Shown: positions 24,530 to 37,790, counted from the whole stretch's first letter. The stretch is 63,699 nucleotides of DNA, filler included, from Reticulomyxa filosa (GCA_000512085.1; 24 parts of 24 records of this genome joined end to end with filler, not necessarily neighbours in it), one strand, 5' to 3'. Made by a program: numbers and translations. The notes: generated by a model not told the origin, from the sequence alone.

Positions 24530-26140
24530 CCTGATGTATCGAAAATTTGATGAGTCATTTGTTCCAGTTTTGCCAACGATCCATTGACCATGGTGAGTAG
24601 ATTTTCAATGATATCAGCCCATTCCGATATAGGTCTTCCTTTTTGGTTTTTTGCATTGCCCCCGTCGGTCCACACATCGTCTCGAATGTGTTGCAAGCTG
24701 TTCGACACATGCCACAGCGTCTTCTTATGCCAATCCAGCCATTGTCCAATATCGCTGTGCATGCTATTCACAGACCCGACACTAAACGAACTCACCAAGC
24801 TTGCACGTTTACTTCCAGGTTCGGTTCGCGTTCCCGTCATTATTCCCATTCCTTTCGTCCGCGGAACACTTGTCGCGGACGGCATCGAGGTCTCTCCCAC
24901 TTTGGTCGCTCCTTGAGTGGATGGAACGCGAGGTGTCTTCGTTGTAAAGTCTTCGCTCCATTCGCCCTCGGCATCTTCATCAACAGGATCTAAGTGCAAT
25001 CGCTCCATTTCTTTTGCCAGTTCATCTTGAAGCTGCGTGAGTTCTGTCAAGGACCATTTATCAGCCGAATCTACGTTAGATATATATACATACATAGTAT
25101 GTATAACAAAAAAAAAAAAAAAAAATTTGACTTATATTCGAACAAACAAAAAAATGTATACGTAAATGAAAAAATATAATAGTGAACACATAAACATATA
25201 CATTTATGTATATATTGGTATATTGACATATGTGTATATGCATATATATAGATAGATAGATAGACTAGATTGTATGCACAAAAGAAATGCTTGCCTTTTC
25301 TATACAAATGATGTCCTGGCGAGTTGTTTGGGTTGGAAGAACCGTGATGCGACTCCTCGCCGTACCGTTCCAAGTCTCTTCGCCCATTTGCTCGCGAATG
25401 GGAAGCATCATCAGAAACGCCTTCAGTTCGGTTTTTTAGAGTTGTCTGTCGCATTGCGGAAGAAATGCGATTGATTTTTTGGTGGAAGTTTCCTAGCTGT
25501 TGTTGCAGTCGTTGTCTTTCCGTGGCTTTGTGGCTTACTTGTTTGCGATAAAATTCCAATTGCTCCAGCAAGGCTTTCACATCCAATTCATGTGCTTCCC
25601 ATGGCTCATGACTATTTTGAACAATGTGATTTGCTATTTTTTTTTTAAAGTGCTTGTTCCAAAGACAAAAAAAAAAAAAAAAAAAAGAGTTATCGAACAA
25701 GTTATAAGTATACATAACATATGCATATACATATGTTATGTATGCTTATGTGTAAATATACATTTGGAATATATAAAGAAAGCCAATTGGCTTTATATAT
25801 GTATATACATATATAAGCTAAACAAAGGGTCTTTCAAAAACCTCGCCATTCGATTGGTCTCACTACATTTGAGGGCAATATTGATTAATTGTTGGCTTTC
25901 CTTGGCCTCTTCGGACTTGTTATGGGAAAACAAATGAACTGCATAACGAACACAGCGTGCGGCGTGTCTTTGTCTGATTTTCACGAGTTCTTGTGGCTGC
26001 AGTTTCTTGCGGCGTTTGTTCGACAAGGGTGTGTCCGTCAATAAAAAATTTTTATATTCGTCATGCGCTTTCGTATATGTGGGGTCGCACAGCGCTGCTG
26101 TTTCAAAATAGTGTCCCGCATCGTCATAGTTGTTTAGGTC
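24530..26140 (-). CDS. Hypothetical coiled-coil protein (partial, multi-exon)
   Basis: Three coding-like exons (about 25830-26140, 25283-25635 and 24530-25075) separated by (TA)n introns. No family recognised. Confidence 0.5.
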
Positions 26141-27429
26141 GCGCTTTAAAAATATTGCTGTACGTTATAATTTGTATATATGTACATATGTATATAAATA
26201 TATATATATATANNNNNNNNNNNNNNNNNNNNNNNNNNNNNNNNNNNNNNNNNNNNTTAATTAATTAANNNNNNNNNNNNNNNNNNNNNNNNNNNNNNNN
26301 NNNNNNNNNNNNTGTTGTTTATTTTCTCTTTTATTTAAATCATTAATCTTTTGTTTTAAATTGCTCAACATAGCGAAAACCTTTCGTATTACAGTTTGCA
26401 CAACTCTTTCATCAGCAGGAAAACCCACATCTTTAATATTAATTTTTTTTTGTATTATTGCAATGGATAGGAAAGTTCAACGAATTTTTCAAAAAAAGAA
26501 AAACCACTCCAGAATCAAGAGAGGAAAAAAAGTTTTTGGCAAAAATGTATGAGAATTATCTTCTTGGAAAAGCAACCAAAGTGACAAAAGAGCATTACAA
26601 CTCTCAAGATAAAACTAGTCACATTATTTGACAACCTTCTGCAGCCACTTGCTAACCGTGACGTTCGTATTTCGTCTGCGAATATGATGTAAAAATATGC
26701 TTCAAACAATATCAAAAGTGAGAGAACAACAACTGGATTATGTGTTTAAATTTTTGATAAATGGATTCAATTATTTCGATGAGAATGTTAGCGATTCACG
26801 TATAAAAAAAAGTACATAAAACAATTGTAATGAAATCGAATTGCGAACAATTGTGTTTATTATAAATAATTTTTTGAAATAATTTAAAGATATCTCTGTT
26901 ATGCAATATAATAAAGCAAACTCAATATTGTCAAAAATATCTGATAATATGTGGGAACGTATTATAATTATCACGCTACAACAGAACACAAAAAATCAAA
27001 ATGGAAAAGAAAAATATTAAATAGAGTTGCTTGCTCTTAGTTTGTTGCCATTTAATCCCTTTGTATTCAATTCAATTGCAATATTAATAATGAAAATATT
27101 ATCATTCTAAGACTTTCAAAAAATTGAACGATTATTACAATAAACGAGTCATAAAATATTGCTTTTCAATTTAACAAGAATGGAGTGATTATAATACCTT
27201 GCAATCAAATAATAATATATATAAAGATCATCAATGATTCATTTAATGAACATGGACAAACCCCTTGTAACGTGATTGAAAAGGGTGATAATATGTGCCA
27301 AATTATTTTCAANNNNNNNNNNNNNNNNNNNNNNNNNNNNNNNNNNNNNNNNNNNNTTAATTAATTAANNNNNNNNNNNNNNNNNNNNNNNNNNNNNNNN
27401 NNNNNNNNNNNNATCAAAAAATATCGTAC

Positions 27430-27968
27430 CTTGTTGACACTCTTGTTGGAGAACGAGTGAATAAAACAGTCGATGGACGTGTTGGGAAAAGAGTTGGAAC
27501 AACTCTAGTATGTACACTCGTTGGAGATCGCGTGTTGGCCCCTTCTTTGACTTTTTTGTCGGAGTTGCAGTTGGTCTTTGTCTCCAACTTGTGTCGACCT
27601 TTACGTCGGCCTTTGCATCGGTAATTGTGTTGGCCTTTGTGTCCAACTTGTCGCCTCTACGTCGGCCTTTGCATCGGTAATCGTGTTGGCCTCATTGTCG
27701 GAGCCACAGTTGGTCTTTGTGTCCAGCTTTGTCGACCTCATTGTCGGGAAGCTGGACTGTTGCTGTCCTGTTGGCTGGACTATTGCTGTCCTGTTGGCTG
27801 GACTGTTGCTGGCCTGTTGGATTGTCCCCTCCATCGATTGAGCCAACATCTATTTACGTAAGGGATTAGAGTGTCCCCCGATGTGGCGAAACTGTGGCAT
27901 ATTTGCATCATCATCCCAACAATTAAAATGTATTTATAACAACAACAAAAACAACAAATCTTTTGCAC
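27430..27968 (-). pseudogene. Decayed secreted Pro/Thr-repeat (PTxx, mucin-like stalk) gene with internal tandem repeats
   Basis: A hydrophobic N-terminus is followed by PTMR/QRPT/LPMQRPT units that switch frame and contain stops. A ~24-nt tandem unit (ctgtcctgttggctggact...) lies at 27758-27820. Confidence 0.5.
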
Positions 27969-28472
27969 GGGGCTCTAACTGACCTTTTGGCAGCGTCCCA
28001 TAAGTTTAAAAAAGTGTATGTACAAAAAAACACCTTTTGCATGGTGTTGAAAACACAGTTAAAGAAAGGAGCTGACCTCTTTTGGTAGCATTCCACAAGT
28101 CCACAAATTTTTTTTATTTAAAAAAAAAAAAATTTAGAGGCTCAAAAAATTTACGTAAAGCATTAACAAATTGGCTCATGCATTTTTGTTGCAATCATCA
28201 ATTTTTTGTTTAGTTATTTGTAAATATCTTAACTTATGGGTAAAGATTAGATTGGACAAGAGCACCAACGTCATTGGTAAATCATAGATATTATTTTTTT
28301 TAGAGTGTGTTCACTAAAAATAAGAGTATGATAGGGGGGACTAACTTGTGTGTGTGTATGTTAGAAAAGTCAGTGTGCTGATCTGACTTGTTACTTAAAG
28401 TATTTTATGCAAAAACTTAACTATGAAAGATATAAGTTTGAAAGTTAAAATCTAAACAACTACAGTAGAATG

Positions 28473-28512
28473 CAAAGTAAAGTTGACACCTAAAATGGCA
28501 CCTTATAGAGAT
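28473..28512 (+). repeat. Dispersed repeat family X, copy 1 (cut by contig end)
   Basis: caaagtaaagttgacacctaaaatggcaccttatagagat matches the copy starting at 32859 and the reverse complement of 49110-49197. Confidence 0.75.
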
Positions 28513-29459
28513 NNNNNNNNNNNNNNNNNNNNNNNNNNNNNNNNNNNNNNNNNNNNTTAATTAATTAANNNNNNNNNNNNNNNNNNNNNNNNNNNNNNNN
28601 NNNNNNNNNNNNATTGACAAGAGAAATTTCAATATCCATGGATTCCTCCCCCCCCCCCCAATAAAAAATATCGTCGAACATCCAATAGATCTGCTTCCAC
28701 TCTTGCCACACAGTCTTATCCTTCAGGATTTTTTCCCTTCCATTATCATTGTTCTTTGCAAGATGCTTTTTTTTATTTTGTTTCTATTCTTCGTGGTTTA
28801 TGACAAATATGTTTGTTTTCAAACACCGTTATCTTCGTTGTTTTTTTTTTTTTGAGAAATTAAGTGTGATCGATCTTCTTTTTTTTTTTTTAATCTTAAA
28901 ATTGAAGACTAAACTTCATGTTTCTCCACCAAGAAATAGATGATGTACATTATTTTTGTTAGTGAATGTATGCACCGTACTAATCGAAAACGCAAATCGC
29001 TAAAAGATTAGAGATTAGACAGAAACTGTTTGCAAACTTGCTATTGTTTATGTAAATGGATCGTGCTTCTTTGTGTTGATTATTAGATAAAATATTTCTT
29101 TAAAAAGCTTTCAAAGCACCTCCAAGTCACTTTTCTGTTTTGTTTACACTTTTCTTGATATCAACTAAGCTCATTACAATTCGAATGAAAAGAGCCATTC
29201 AATACTTGCTTTTTTTTCATCGGTGAAAAGGACACATAAAGAAAAGTGTTCAATGTGGTCATATGGCAAAAGCCATTATGATTTTTTTAAAATCATTGAT
29301 CCAACCAACTTGAGTCACTTCATATCGACTCCAATAATCGACGACCATCTCAACTTCGTGTTTTATCCACTTTTGAAAATATGTACGTACATATATATGT
29401 ATTGCACTACATACATGTAGATACATCTCTATCTACAGTGTGCCCATGGAAACAATGAA

Positions 29460-29891
29460 AAGGGACAAAAAGAAAACCGAAACAGAACGCCGATGAATTT
29501 CTTTGTCCAAACAACATAGTGTTTAGTTATCGCATTAAAATTGTCACTCCCGCCAATGATATGAAGACTTGTGTCATTTTTGTAAATGCGGAAAGGTAAG
29601 ATAAGTTGCGAATCGAGCAATGTGCCATTTTGTGTATCATACATTTGGATAGTATTCTTGCATTTGTAAAGCTTGTTTGTGCCTCCCAACATGACGATGA
29701 CATCATTCAAACATACAACTCCATAATGCAGCAAATCGTAGATTAACACATTCAATATGCGTTGGGTAAACTCTTTCTTGTTTTCATGGTATGTAATGCT
29801 CGAAATGCAGCCTTGTGAAAGTAATAAGAATTGATTGATCAAAACATGCATCAAATGATATGGAAGTGAGAGATTAGAACATTTATTATTA
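29460..29891 (-). pseudogene. Kelch-repeat fragment
   Basis: IVMLGG...IQMYD...LPF...LHIIGG kelch pattern, compressed or degraded and cut by the contig end. Confidence 0.55.
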
Positions 29892-30026
29892 NNNNNNNNN
29901 NNNNNNNNNNNNNNNNNNNNNNNNNNNNNNNNNNNTTAATTAATTAANNNNNNNNNNNNNNNNNNNNNNNNNNNNNNNNNNNNNNNNNNNNATTATTATT
30001 ATTATTATTATGTTTGTATATAGTAC

Positions 30027-30362
30027 TTGTGCGGACATGCCGGGAATTTTACAGCGAACAATGTGCGAATTTGTATACATTTGACAGCCTTCGTCCCATA
30101 GTGACGTGTGAGAATCGCCAATGACACAGAGACGGTGTTTTTCTTCACACTTTGAAGAGGTATGGCCACACTCGTGACAATTGGTACAATATGTCAAAAT
30201 TTGCTTCCCGTCTTTTCGAGACATCAAAAATGACTTCTCTTTCAGCGTCAGTCGTTCCACATACTCTGCCGCCTTGTTGTCCTCCTCAAGTTCCAACATT
30301 AGGCACGTTTTATGCCGTTTCCAAGGGCGGATTTCCTTCTCTTGTGCGAGTGCAGTATCCAT
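30027..30362 (-). CDS. CCHC zinc knuckle + SGNH/GDSL-like hydrolase N-terminus (partial)
   Basis: C-TN-C-HECG-H-TSSK-C is an exact CX2CX4HX4C. It is followed by LCVIGDSH (SGNH block I) and CKIPGMSAQ (block II-like), then a GT donor. Confidence 0.6.
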
Positions 30363-30818
30363 ATAGTGTTGAAATAGATATTTAATATAAAATATAAAAA
30401 AAAGGGCTACGACAAAGAAACTGTTTTTCGCTTTGTCAGATCATGTAGATTTAAAAAATTATGCAGCTTCACCTTTTATTTATTTATTTTTTCCTGCTTC
30501 CAATATTTTGCAGATTTTTTAAATTTAATTATATATAGTTCGACTGATGAACAAATTTAACAATGTTGGGACCACTTCTCAAGTAATGATAAGTCCTCCT
30601 TTTTTTGGCTTGCATTTTTTTATATGACTTTGCAAAAAGAAAATGATTCAAAGATGAGTTTAGAAATATGATATTCAAAGAAATGAAAACTAATTTCTCA
30701 AAACTACGAAGCCACAACGCAAAAAAAAAACAACAACAAAACATAAAATTTTATGTTAAAATGTTCGATGAAAACTGAGCCTTTCTACCCTCCCTTTTTT
30801 TTTTTATTAAAAAAAAAA

Positions 30819-32608
30819 TCACCACTTTTTCAAGCCAAGCAACTTGAGACGAGTATCTTGATCAACGCAGTTATCAGCAAGAGGGACCTGTTGCAGAATG
30901 TGATCAATATTGACATCACGTTTGTACTTGAGGAGGATGTTTTGGCACGAGTAGTGGTCACGCTTGCTGTATTTTTGCTGAGAGGGAAACATGCGGATGT
31001 ACTGGACCAAGCGCATGCGATTGGACTGATTGGCGGACGTGCCATGCAGCTGACCATAGTCCCACACGACCATTTCGCCAGCACGCAGAGGGATAGGTTG
31101 GAGAAAGTCGGCGATGGGATTGTCCAAGTCAAGATTGTGTCGAAAGGCTTTGGAATTGGGACAGGGATGCATTTCGCACCAGCGCTTCAAAAAGGGCGTG
31201 CACCCGGGCAGCGTCAAGTGCACCCCGTCCTGCAGTCGATGACACGATAGTGCAATGGCCCCTTGATAGATCGGTACATAGTGACCGCACTCGAGCATTT
31301 CGGAATACGTCCATGGATTGATATCCCAGTGCGGATTCAGAGACTTGCGCCAATCCGGACGTTGCACGCCACTTTGTAAAATGCGATCCTTTTCTCCACT
31401 TATATTAGTATTGGCATTGGTATTGGCATTGGACTTAGATAAAGACTCCTTAAATGTTAAGTCTTTGGTGCCGCGATAAATCCCCCAATTGTCGATTGAC
31501 ACATTCAAATTTGCGTCTCCTCCGTACAGTGTTTTGAACACTGCGTACACTTTCACGTGGAACCGATTGCGAAATGCAATCGGATGGAATGCAGGCCGGT
31601 CGAACAGAAACACCCAGTTCGGATTCGGGAAGTTCTCTTTCTTCCACGTCGCTGGGTTTTCCAAATCCACGCGTCGAACTTCTTTTAATCTAAATACATG
31701 CATATATGTATATATTATTTATTTTTTAATAAAAAAAAAGGGGGCTCAATATATACATATACATTTATATATGTTTAATAAAACTGATTGACAATGGAAG
31801 GGTCTTTTGCACATTGCTGCTTCAGGATTTCAACTTTCCTTGTGTAGGCCTCGTCCAACAGGGCGTTGATACTCTGCTGACACTCTTGTGGACTCAGTAC
31901 GCGCAGCACGACCAGGCCGTACTTTTTCAGGATTGGCAGCCACGTCTTCGTGTCTTCCACCTCGAACGACTGCATGAAGCCGTCGTTTTTCTCCGTGTCC
32001 TCCGGGTATCTTGGGAACTGCTTCGTGTCTGACCAACCCCCTGTTATCGCTTGTTCTGGTCTTTCTTTCGTCGCCATTCCGCTCTTTTTTCCTTCTTCTT
32101 CTTCTTCTTTTTCTTGTTGTTGATTGGGTGCCAGTGATGATCTCGTTTTTTGATTGGTTGCAACATTATTATTATTATTATTATTATTGTCATTGACATT
32201 CATTGACATTTCATTGTCTTCGAGGTTTTTCATTGCCTGGCCTTTGTTCCCATTGTCTTGTTGAACGCGATTGCTCGCCTTTTCTCGCTTTCGTATTACA
32301 TTTTGCCAGAGCTCGGGTTCGGTGGTGTCGCCGCTTCCGAACAGTCGGTCCAATCGCTTCTCTCGGTGCCATAGGTAGATATTCTTCCATTTGAAGTAGA
32401 TCACGTGGTGAAATGGCACGTCTCCTCCTTGAGACACTGGCTTCCATTGCTCCAAACCCACCTCCTGTGTACCTAATCGGTTGTCGTTGTAACCTACTTT
32501 TATCTTCTCTGGCTCGGGAATTGACAGTGTCTTGTCCCATATTAAACGGTTATACACGTCTAAAGAAGAACGTAATCCTTTCCGTTTCGTTGTATCCATT
32601 TCACTCAT
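30819..32608 (-). CDS. MJ1316 (DUF504-type RNA-repair-associated) domain fused to a PhyH-type Fe(II)/2-oxoglutarate dioxygenase
   Basis: Exons 32608-31785 and 31689-30819 (intron 31690-31784, GT-AG, in frame) give 564 aa. The N-terminus reads DVYNRLIWD...KVGY.D...DVPFHHVIYFK...LWHREKRLD. The C-terminus has PHWD (HxD), YQGAIAL and GEMVVWDYGQLHGTSANQSNRMRLVQYI (distal His and Arg). Confidence 0.8.
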
Positions 32609-32858
32609 TTTTCTATTTTCCGCTTTGGGAATAATCTACAATTATTTAAAAAAAAATTTGGTTAAATAAATTTAAAAAAGTGCCCCTTTGTAAAAGACAG
32701 AAAGTTCAAGGGAAACTTTTCACGTTTGTCCTTTCTTCTGTGAAAAAAAATCACACAAAAATCTTTTTTTACTGGAAAAAAAAGCATAAAGTAAAATATT
32801 GATCCATGTGATCAAACATAAACTTAGTTAAAATGTGCTTGAACAATTCAATCGAAAA

Positions 32859-33087
32859 CAAAGTAAAGTTGACAAATAAAACAGCACCTTATAGAGATTA
32901 TTGATTTTCTTCATGAAAAACAACATTCAAACGTAATTTTTTAAAAATATTTACGAATTGTGTAGTTTTTAAATATCATTTTGGTTTTTTATTAATTGTT
33001 TAAAATTTGAATATTTTCGAGAAAAAGTTGACAATGCTCATGTGTCGTAACCATGAAATTTGCAAACTTTTTTTTAAGCATTTTCAG
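32859..33087 (+). repeat. Dispersed repeat family X, copy 2 (longest)
   Basis: Contains aaagttgac...caccttatagagat...gattttc...tacgaattgtgtagtttttaaatatca...ttttcgagaaaaagttgacaat...catgaaat...taagcattttc. Confidence 0.85.
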
Positions 33088-33286
33088 ATAGTATTAGATG
33101 ATTATATATTTTTAAAAAATTGTCTTCTACGTTGTAGTGATACATGAGTCATGACTCCAGAGTTGTAATAACCAACTCTATAATAANNNNNNNNNNNNNN
33201 NNNNNNNNNNNNNNNNNNNNNNNNNNNNNNTTAATTAATTAANNNNNNNNNNNNNNNNNNNNNNNNNNNNNNNNNNNNNNNNNNNN

Positions 33287-33990
33287 TTATCTTCATCATA
33301 TTCAATTGATAATCCTGTTCCCATACAAAACAACAACATTTGATTTTGTTTATTTTTTTCTTCATTTATTTTCATTATTTCTTGTTCTGGTTCATTTTCT
33401 GACTTTGATACAAAGCAATGATGATTAATACAATTATTAGTTGGTAAATGATGGTGTTTAATAAATTTAAATGTATTTAAATTAAACACACTAATGTTAT
33501 CATAATAATAAGTGATAAATAATAGATTATTGTTTCTTCCACCAATCAATGCACGCACTCCATAATAAGTATGAGCACCTCTTCCAATGATGATTGGCTG
33601 ATTATTATTATCTGTGAGTGGAATCCATTGATTATAATTATTTGATTCATTTAATTTGTTTGATATATCTAATATATTACTCCAAACGCTTACCTATTTC
33701 ATCACCAATGTATATTTTTTTGCATATGCAGATCCACCAAATGACAATAAAATGATTTGATTGTTGTCTTTGTTGTTATCTATCAGTTTCACTACACAGT
33801 TTGCTTCTAACGTAACATCACTTGGATAATTACAAATAAACTTGTATTTGTTTTTGATTGTATGATAAGAATAACAAGTTTTTCGTTCGTAACCTCCACA
33901 AATGAGGAGTTCGTTCTTGTATAGCACACATTGAGCTTCAGCAAATGTAATAGGTAGCTCCTTCAAAACTTGAAAAGTTTGTTTACTCAT
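33287..33990 (-). pseudogene. Kelch-family gene with a premature TAG (partial)
   Basis: Same family as the gene at 11514 (AQCVL..ELLICGG..CYSYH..ICNYPSDV..LLSFGG). An in-frame TAG at 33694-33696 stands where the paralogue has Tyr (MRYKSIW), and the frame continues VSVW...RALIGG. Confidence 0.75.
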
Positions 33991-34138
33991 GTTGTTAATG
34001 TTGAGGAACTATGAAGTAGTTTGAATCTTTTTTTCTGTCCTTTCCCTTTAAAAAAAATACATTTTTTGGAGCGACCCGAATTAGAAAAATAAGAGAATTG
34101 CAATATTCATTGTATTACATAACAGTGTGATTGACAGT

Positions 34139-34370
34139 TTATGGAGTGATTGATTTTCTCAATAAAAAACAACACTTAATCAAAATTTTTTGAAAAAATA
34201 TCTACGAATTGTGTAGTTTTTAAATATCACTTTGGCTTTTATTTATCTTTCGAAATTTTTTCAAAAATTTGAATCTTTCATTTGATTTTTTGAAATTTTC
34301 GAGAAAAAGTTGACAATCGCATTTTTATCATATTCATGAAATCTGCCAATTCTTTTTTAAGCATTTTCGG
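34139..34370 (+). repeat. Dispersed repeat family X, copy 3
   Basis: Shares tacgaattgtgtagtttttaaatatca, ttttcgagaaaaagttgacaat and taagcattttc with copy 2. Confidence 0.85.
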
Positions 34371-34846
34371 AAAATACCTTGCGAAAAATATTTATGTTTT
34401 TTTGTTTTTTTTTTCATTTGCTTTAAAACTTTCTTTAATATTTTTATGAAATTTATTCACATTTTCCTTGTTTTGGTATTTAATGTTTTTTTTGGCTTAT
34501 TTATTTAATTTTTTACTTTTTTGCGTTTTTTTAGTTTTTTTGTGCTTTTGTTTTTTTGGCAGATGTTCCCTTTTTCAAATTTTTTTAAAACTTTTTCGTT
34601 TTGCTTAACTTTCTTGTTAAAACAGCGTATTTGGTCAGCATATCTTGTACAAGTAACAAACGTAATTTCTCCCTTGCTTTTTTTTAAGTGATAGTCCATA
34701 TTCGGGCGTGAACAGGAAGTTTTGCGCTTTGTCTTGTCAAAAAAAAAAATACGCATAGAAACACTTAGAATTTTCCTAAAGGTATTGAATTTTACTTAGT
34801 ACCACTTGACGTTAGCTTTTTTATATAAAAAGTAGAGGAATTATCG

Positions 34847-35284
34847 ATGACTCAAGAAACAACAAAAGTACCAAACCAAGATAAAACAATGAAGAAAATC
34901 CGTACAACAACGAGCAAAAAGAATGTATCGATTCAGAATACCATTACAGTCGGAGTAGAGGTTGAGAGATGGAGCGCGACTCCATCTCAGAATAAGTCAG
35001 CATATGATGCTTTTAGAGGTAGTTTTATATCGGGGAAAGTAAAAAGGGGAAGTTATGACGATATATTAGAAGCCGAAATCACTGGAATGATACTTAAAGA
35101 TTTAGGACTTTCAGATATTTATCCAAATGAGGTAAAAGCTAAAGCGTACTTATGCCAAATCAAAAAAAATGAATCCAAGTTTATGGAAGTGACTTTTGAT
35201 TCTCCTTGGATAACAACGGGCAATAGTGGTAGAGCAATGCTAGAATTTGCGTCGTGTGTTGACAAATCGCCAGATGAAGGAGAC
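34847..35284 (+). CDS. Hypothetical protein, possible COOH-NH2 ligase (amidoligase) fold (3' partial)
   Basis: Intronless ORF with TVGVEVE ... EVTFDS ... MLEFAS, matching the order of the GxExE / D-S / E motifs of amidoligase-like families. Confidence 0.35.
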
Positions 35285-36539
35285 NNNNNNNNNNNNNNNN
35301 NNNNNNNNNNNNNNNNNNNNNNNNNNNNTTAATTAATTAANNNNNNNNNNNNNNNNNNNNNNNNNNNNNNNNNNNNNNNNNNNNCCATGAGGAGAGAACA
35401 AATTTGATTTTTTTTCATTGTCTTGTTTATTATACAAAAATATTAAATAAAAAAAACTTGGATTGTTCTTGGTGTAGTTTCACTTTGTTATACAGCGAAC
35501 TAGTTTGAAAAAAAAATTTCAATATTTTTAATGTCAACCAACTAATGTAAACACACCAATTCGATATTATTGACTTTTTTATTTTTATTTAAAATGTTAT
35601 CTTCCAAAGTAATTCCAGATTTTTTTTGGTGACAGCTTTTTTAAAAAAAATATTTTCTTATTTTAAATTAATAAAATCAGAACATTTTTTCTAAATTTAA
35701 CTTTTGTTTTATCTTGCGTCAGATACACACTTTACATTAGAAATAATTTACGAATGACACGACTGATTTTTTCCGTCAAGTCCAAAATAATTGTGTGTAA
35801 CCATGACATTAATGGCGAACATACCGCATCCAACAATAGACGCATTTTTGTCCCATAAAAAAAGAAAGAGGTACTTACAGAAGAGACTACTACCTCCAAT
35901 TCCAGTTTTGGAGAACTATTCAAAAACCTATCTCAAGAAAGGAAAAAAAGTGACACAAATAAAATAAAAAAAAATATTATAAACAAATGATAAAGCAAGT
36001 AAATTTTTTGGTATTGTTTATTACTAAAAATGAAATGTATTGTGTTCTTCAGGATTTATTCAAGTGATAGTTATGTTCTTGTTCCAATAAGCTATTATAT
36101 CTTTAAAAAAAACATGAAAAATAAATATTTAAACATAATTCCTTTTTTAAACACTATACAAATTTTTTTTTTTTGGAATTATATTGCTTTCTTTTCATTC
36201 TATTTTCTTTTTAATGCTATTGCAGTTAAAATTATTTTTTGTTGCTTAAATAGAATTTGTGTTGAAATTATTGACTTCGTCGTAATAATAAAAATTGTGT
36301 TTTTGTTCTTTGAACATTTTAATAACATATTAATTTAATTTTTTACTTACACTAACTTAATATGTTGGATATATATCTGCATAATTAAAAGAAAGGACGG
36401 AAACTATCATTAAATTTTATGTTGCACAAATCAAAAATACAAAAAGAAAGCATTACACATAAAAAAGGTTTAAGGATATCAAAAATGATGCACCAAAAAC
36501 TAATAGGTCAATTTACCAAGCGAGACTGGTATTACGTTC

Positions 36540-37790
36540 AGCCAAGTTCTGTTGTCAGGGGGTAAAAAACATCAAAAAAAAAAGAAATATGGAAGAAAAT
36601 GATTCTTCTGGAACCAAAAGTCTGAAGACTGTGTGAGTATTTCCTTATCTTTGCAAAAGCGAATATAATAGTATTTTTCTTGTATACTATTAAAGGCAAC
36701 AGTGAAGAAGATATTGGAAGCGACATGGGAAGAGTCACCTAAAAGTTTGTATAGATACAGCATCTCCAAAACGCAAAGACAACTTGACTGGGGATGTGTT
36801 TGTACTGTTTGATAAAGTTAAACAAGAAGTGGTTGAGTTGTGCACCGAGCTTTTACGGGTCGTAACCTCAGGTAAACACATCTTTTTAACTCAAACAATG
36901 ACACACTCCATAATAAAGTTTAAATTTTTCCTTTCAACTGGACACTTGGAAACAAACAGAATTTATCGACCGTGCAATTATTCTAGCTCAAGGAGACGGT
37001 AGTGAAGAGCTTGATGAAACACACTTCCGGGAACTATTAGTTCAAGCTTTGCTTGATTTTAGATAAACTTTTGGCTGGGGAAATACTTGTGCGCTTTAAA
37101 TCAATATTGCACAACCTTTTTTTGTGCCTTGCGATGCTAAAAATTGTTTTTTGAAAAACAAACTGCAATGAGCAACCTTACTCAAGTATTTTAAGATTTT
37201 TACGCAATATCTAAATAATTTTTTTAACATATCAGTGAACAAAATAAAATGGTTCAATCCAAAAGTTTGGAAAAAAAGCTGTAAACTTTTTGTTCGACTT
37301 GTGGAACGGAAGGGTAATTTTTTTTGTATATAAGATTGAACAGGACCATGTCAACCGCGTCGAAGACAGAGAGTCCTTGTATTGAAGTATTTGAATATCA
37401 ACGCAAGTCAGTGGTATTTTGGCGACTTCCCTTTGTGCCCAATGATCCCGCACCATTCGAAGTTGTGAAAGGGCACACAAAAGCACGAAATCGTATCCGA
37501 TCCAGTTGAGGACTAAGCCCAATTTTTTTTTTTGAATGTTCGATTTTTTTTTTTTTAAAAAAAGAGGTTGGATGTCGTTTCCCCCTCCCTAAAAAAAAAT
37601 TTTTTGTGGACGACATAATAAAAAAAAAAAAAGAGGATTAGATGAATACAAATTACCTGGCCATTTGACCTGGGAAGGCAACTGGACAGTGAAGATCGAA
37701 GAAGGGAAGACAGATGATTTCGGATGGATGTACGGGGCTAAATTTGATGGTGACTTTTACAATGACTTTAAGCACTGCTATTATGTCAGG
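36540..37790 (+). CDS. DysF (dysferlin/Pex24p-type) domain protein, multi-exon, partial or degraded
   Basis: IEVFEYQR...W..PFVPND and LPGHLTWEGNWTV...TDDFGWMYGAKF...YVR are DysFN/DysFC-like. Upstream exons are unclear. Confidence 0.6.

Noticed and set aside
27240-27312. NEHGQTP as an ankyrin repeat
   Set aside because: Too short and surrounded by stops.
30753-31250. Long + strand ORFs antisense to real genes (also 21584-22329, 40973-41675, 58734-59471, 62504-63541)
   Set aside because: These are shadow ORFs of GC-richer coding sequence with no recognisable motifs.
33694-33696. In-frame TAG in the kelch gene as stop-codon reassignment
   Set aside because: TAG, TAA and TGA each terminate intact genes in this window (e.g. 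CHMP1, Rab, MT-A70). A pseudogenising mutation is simpler.
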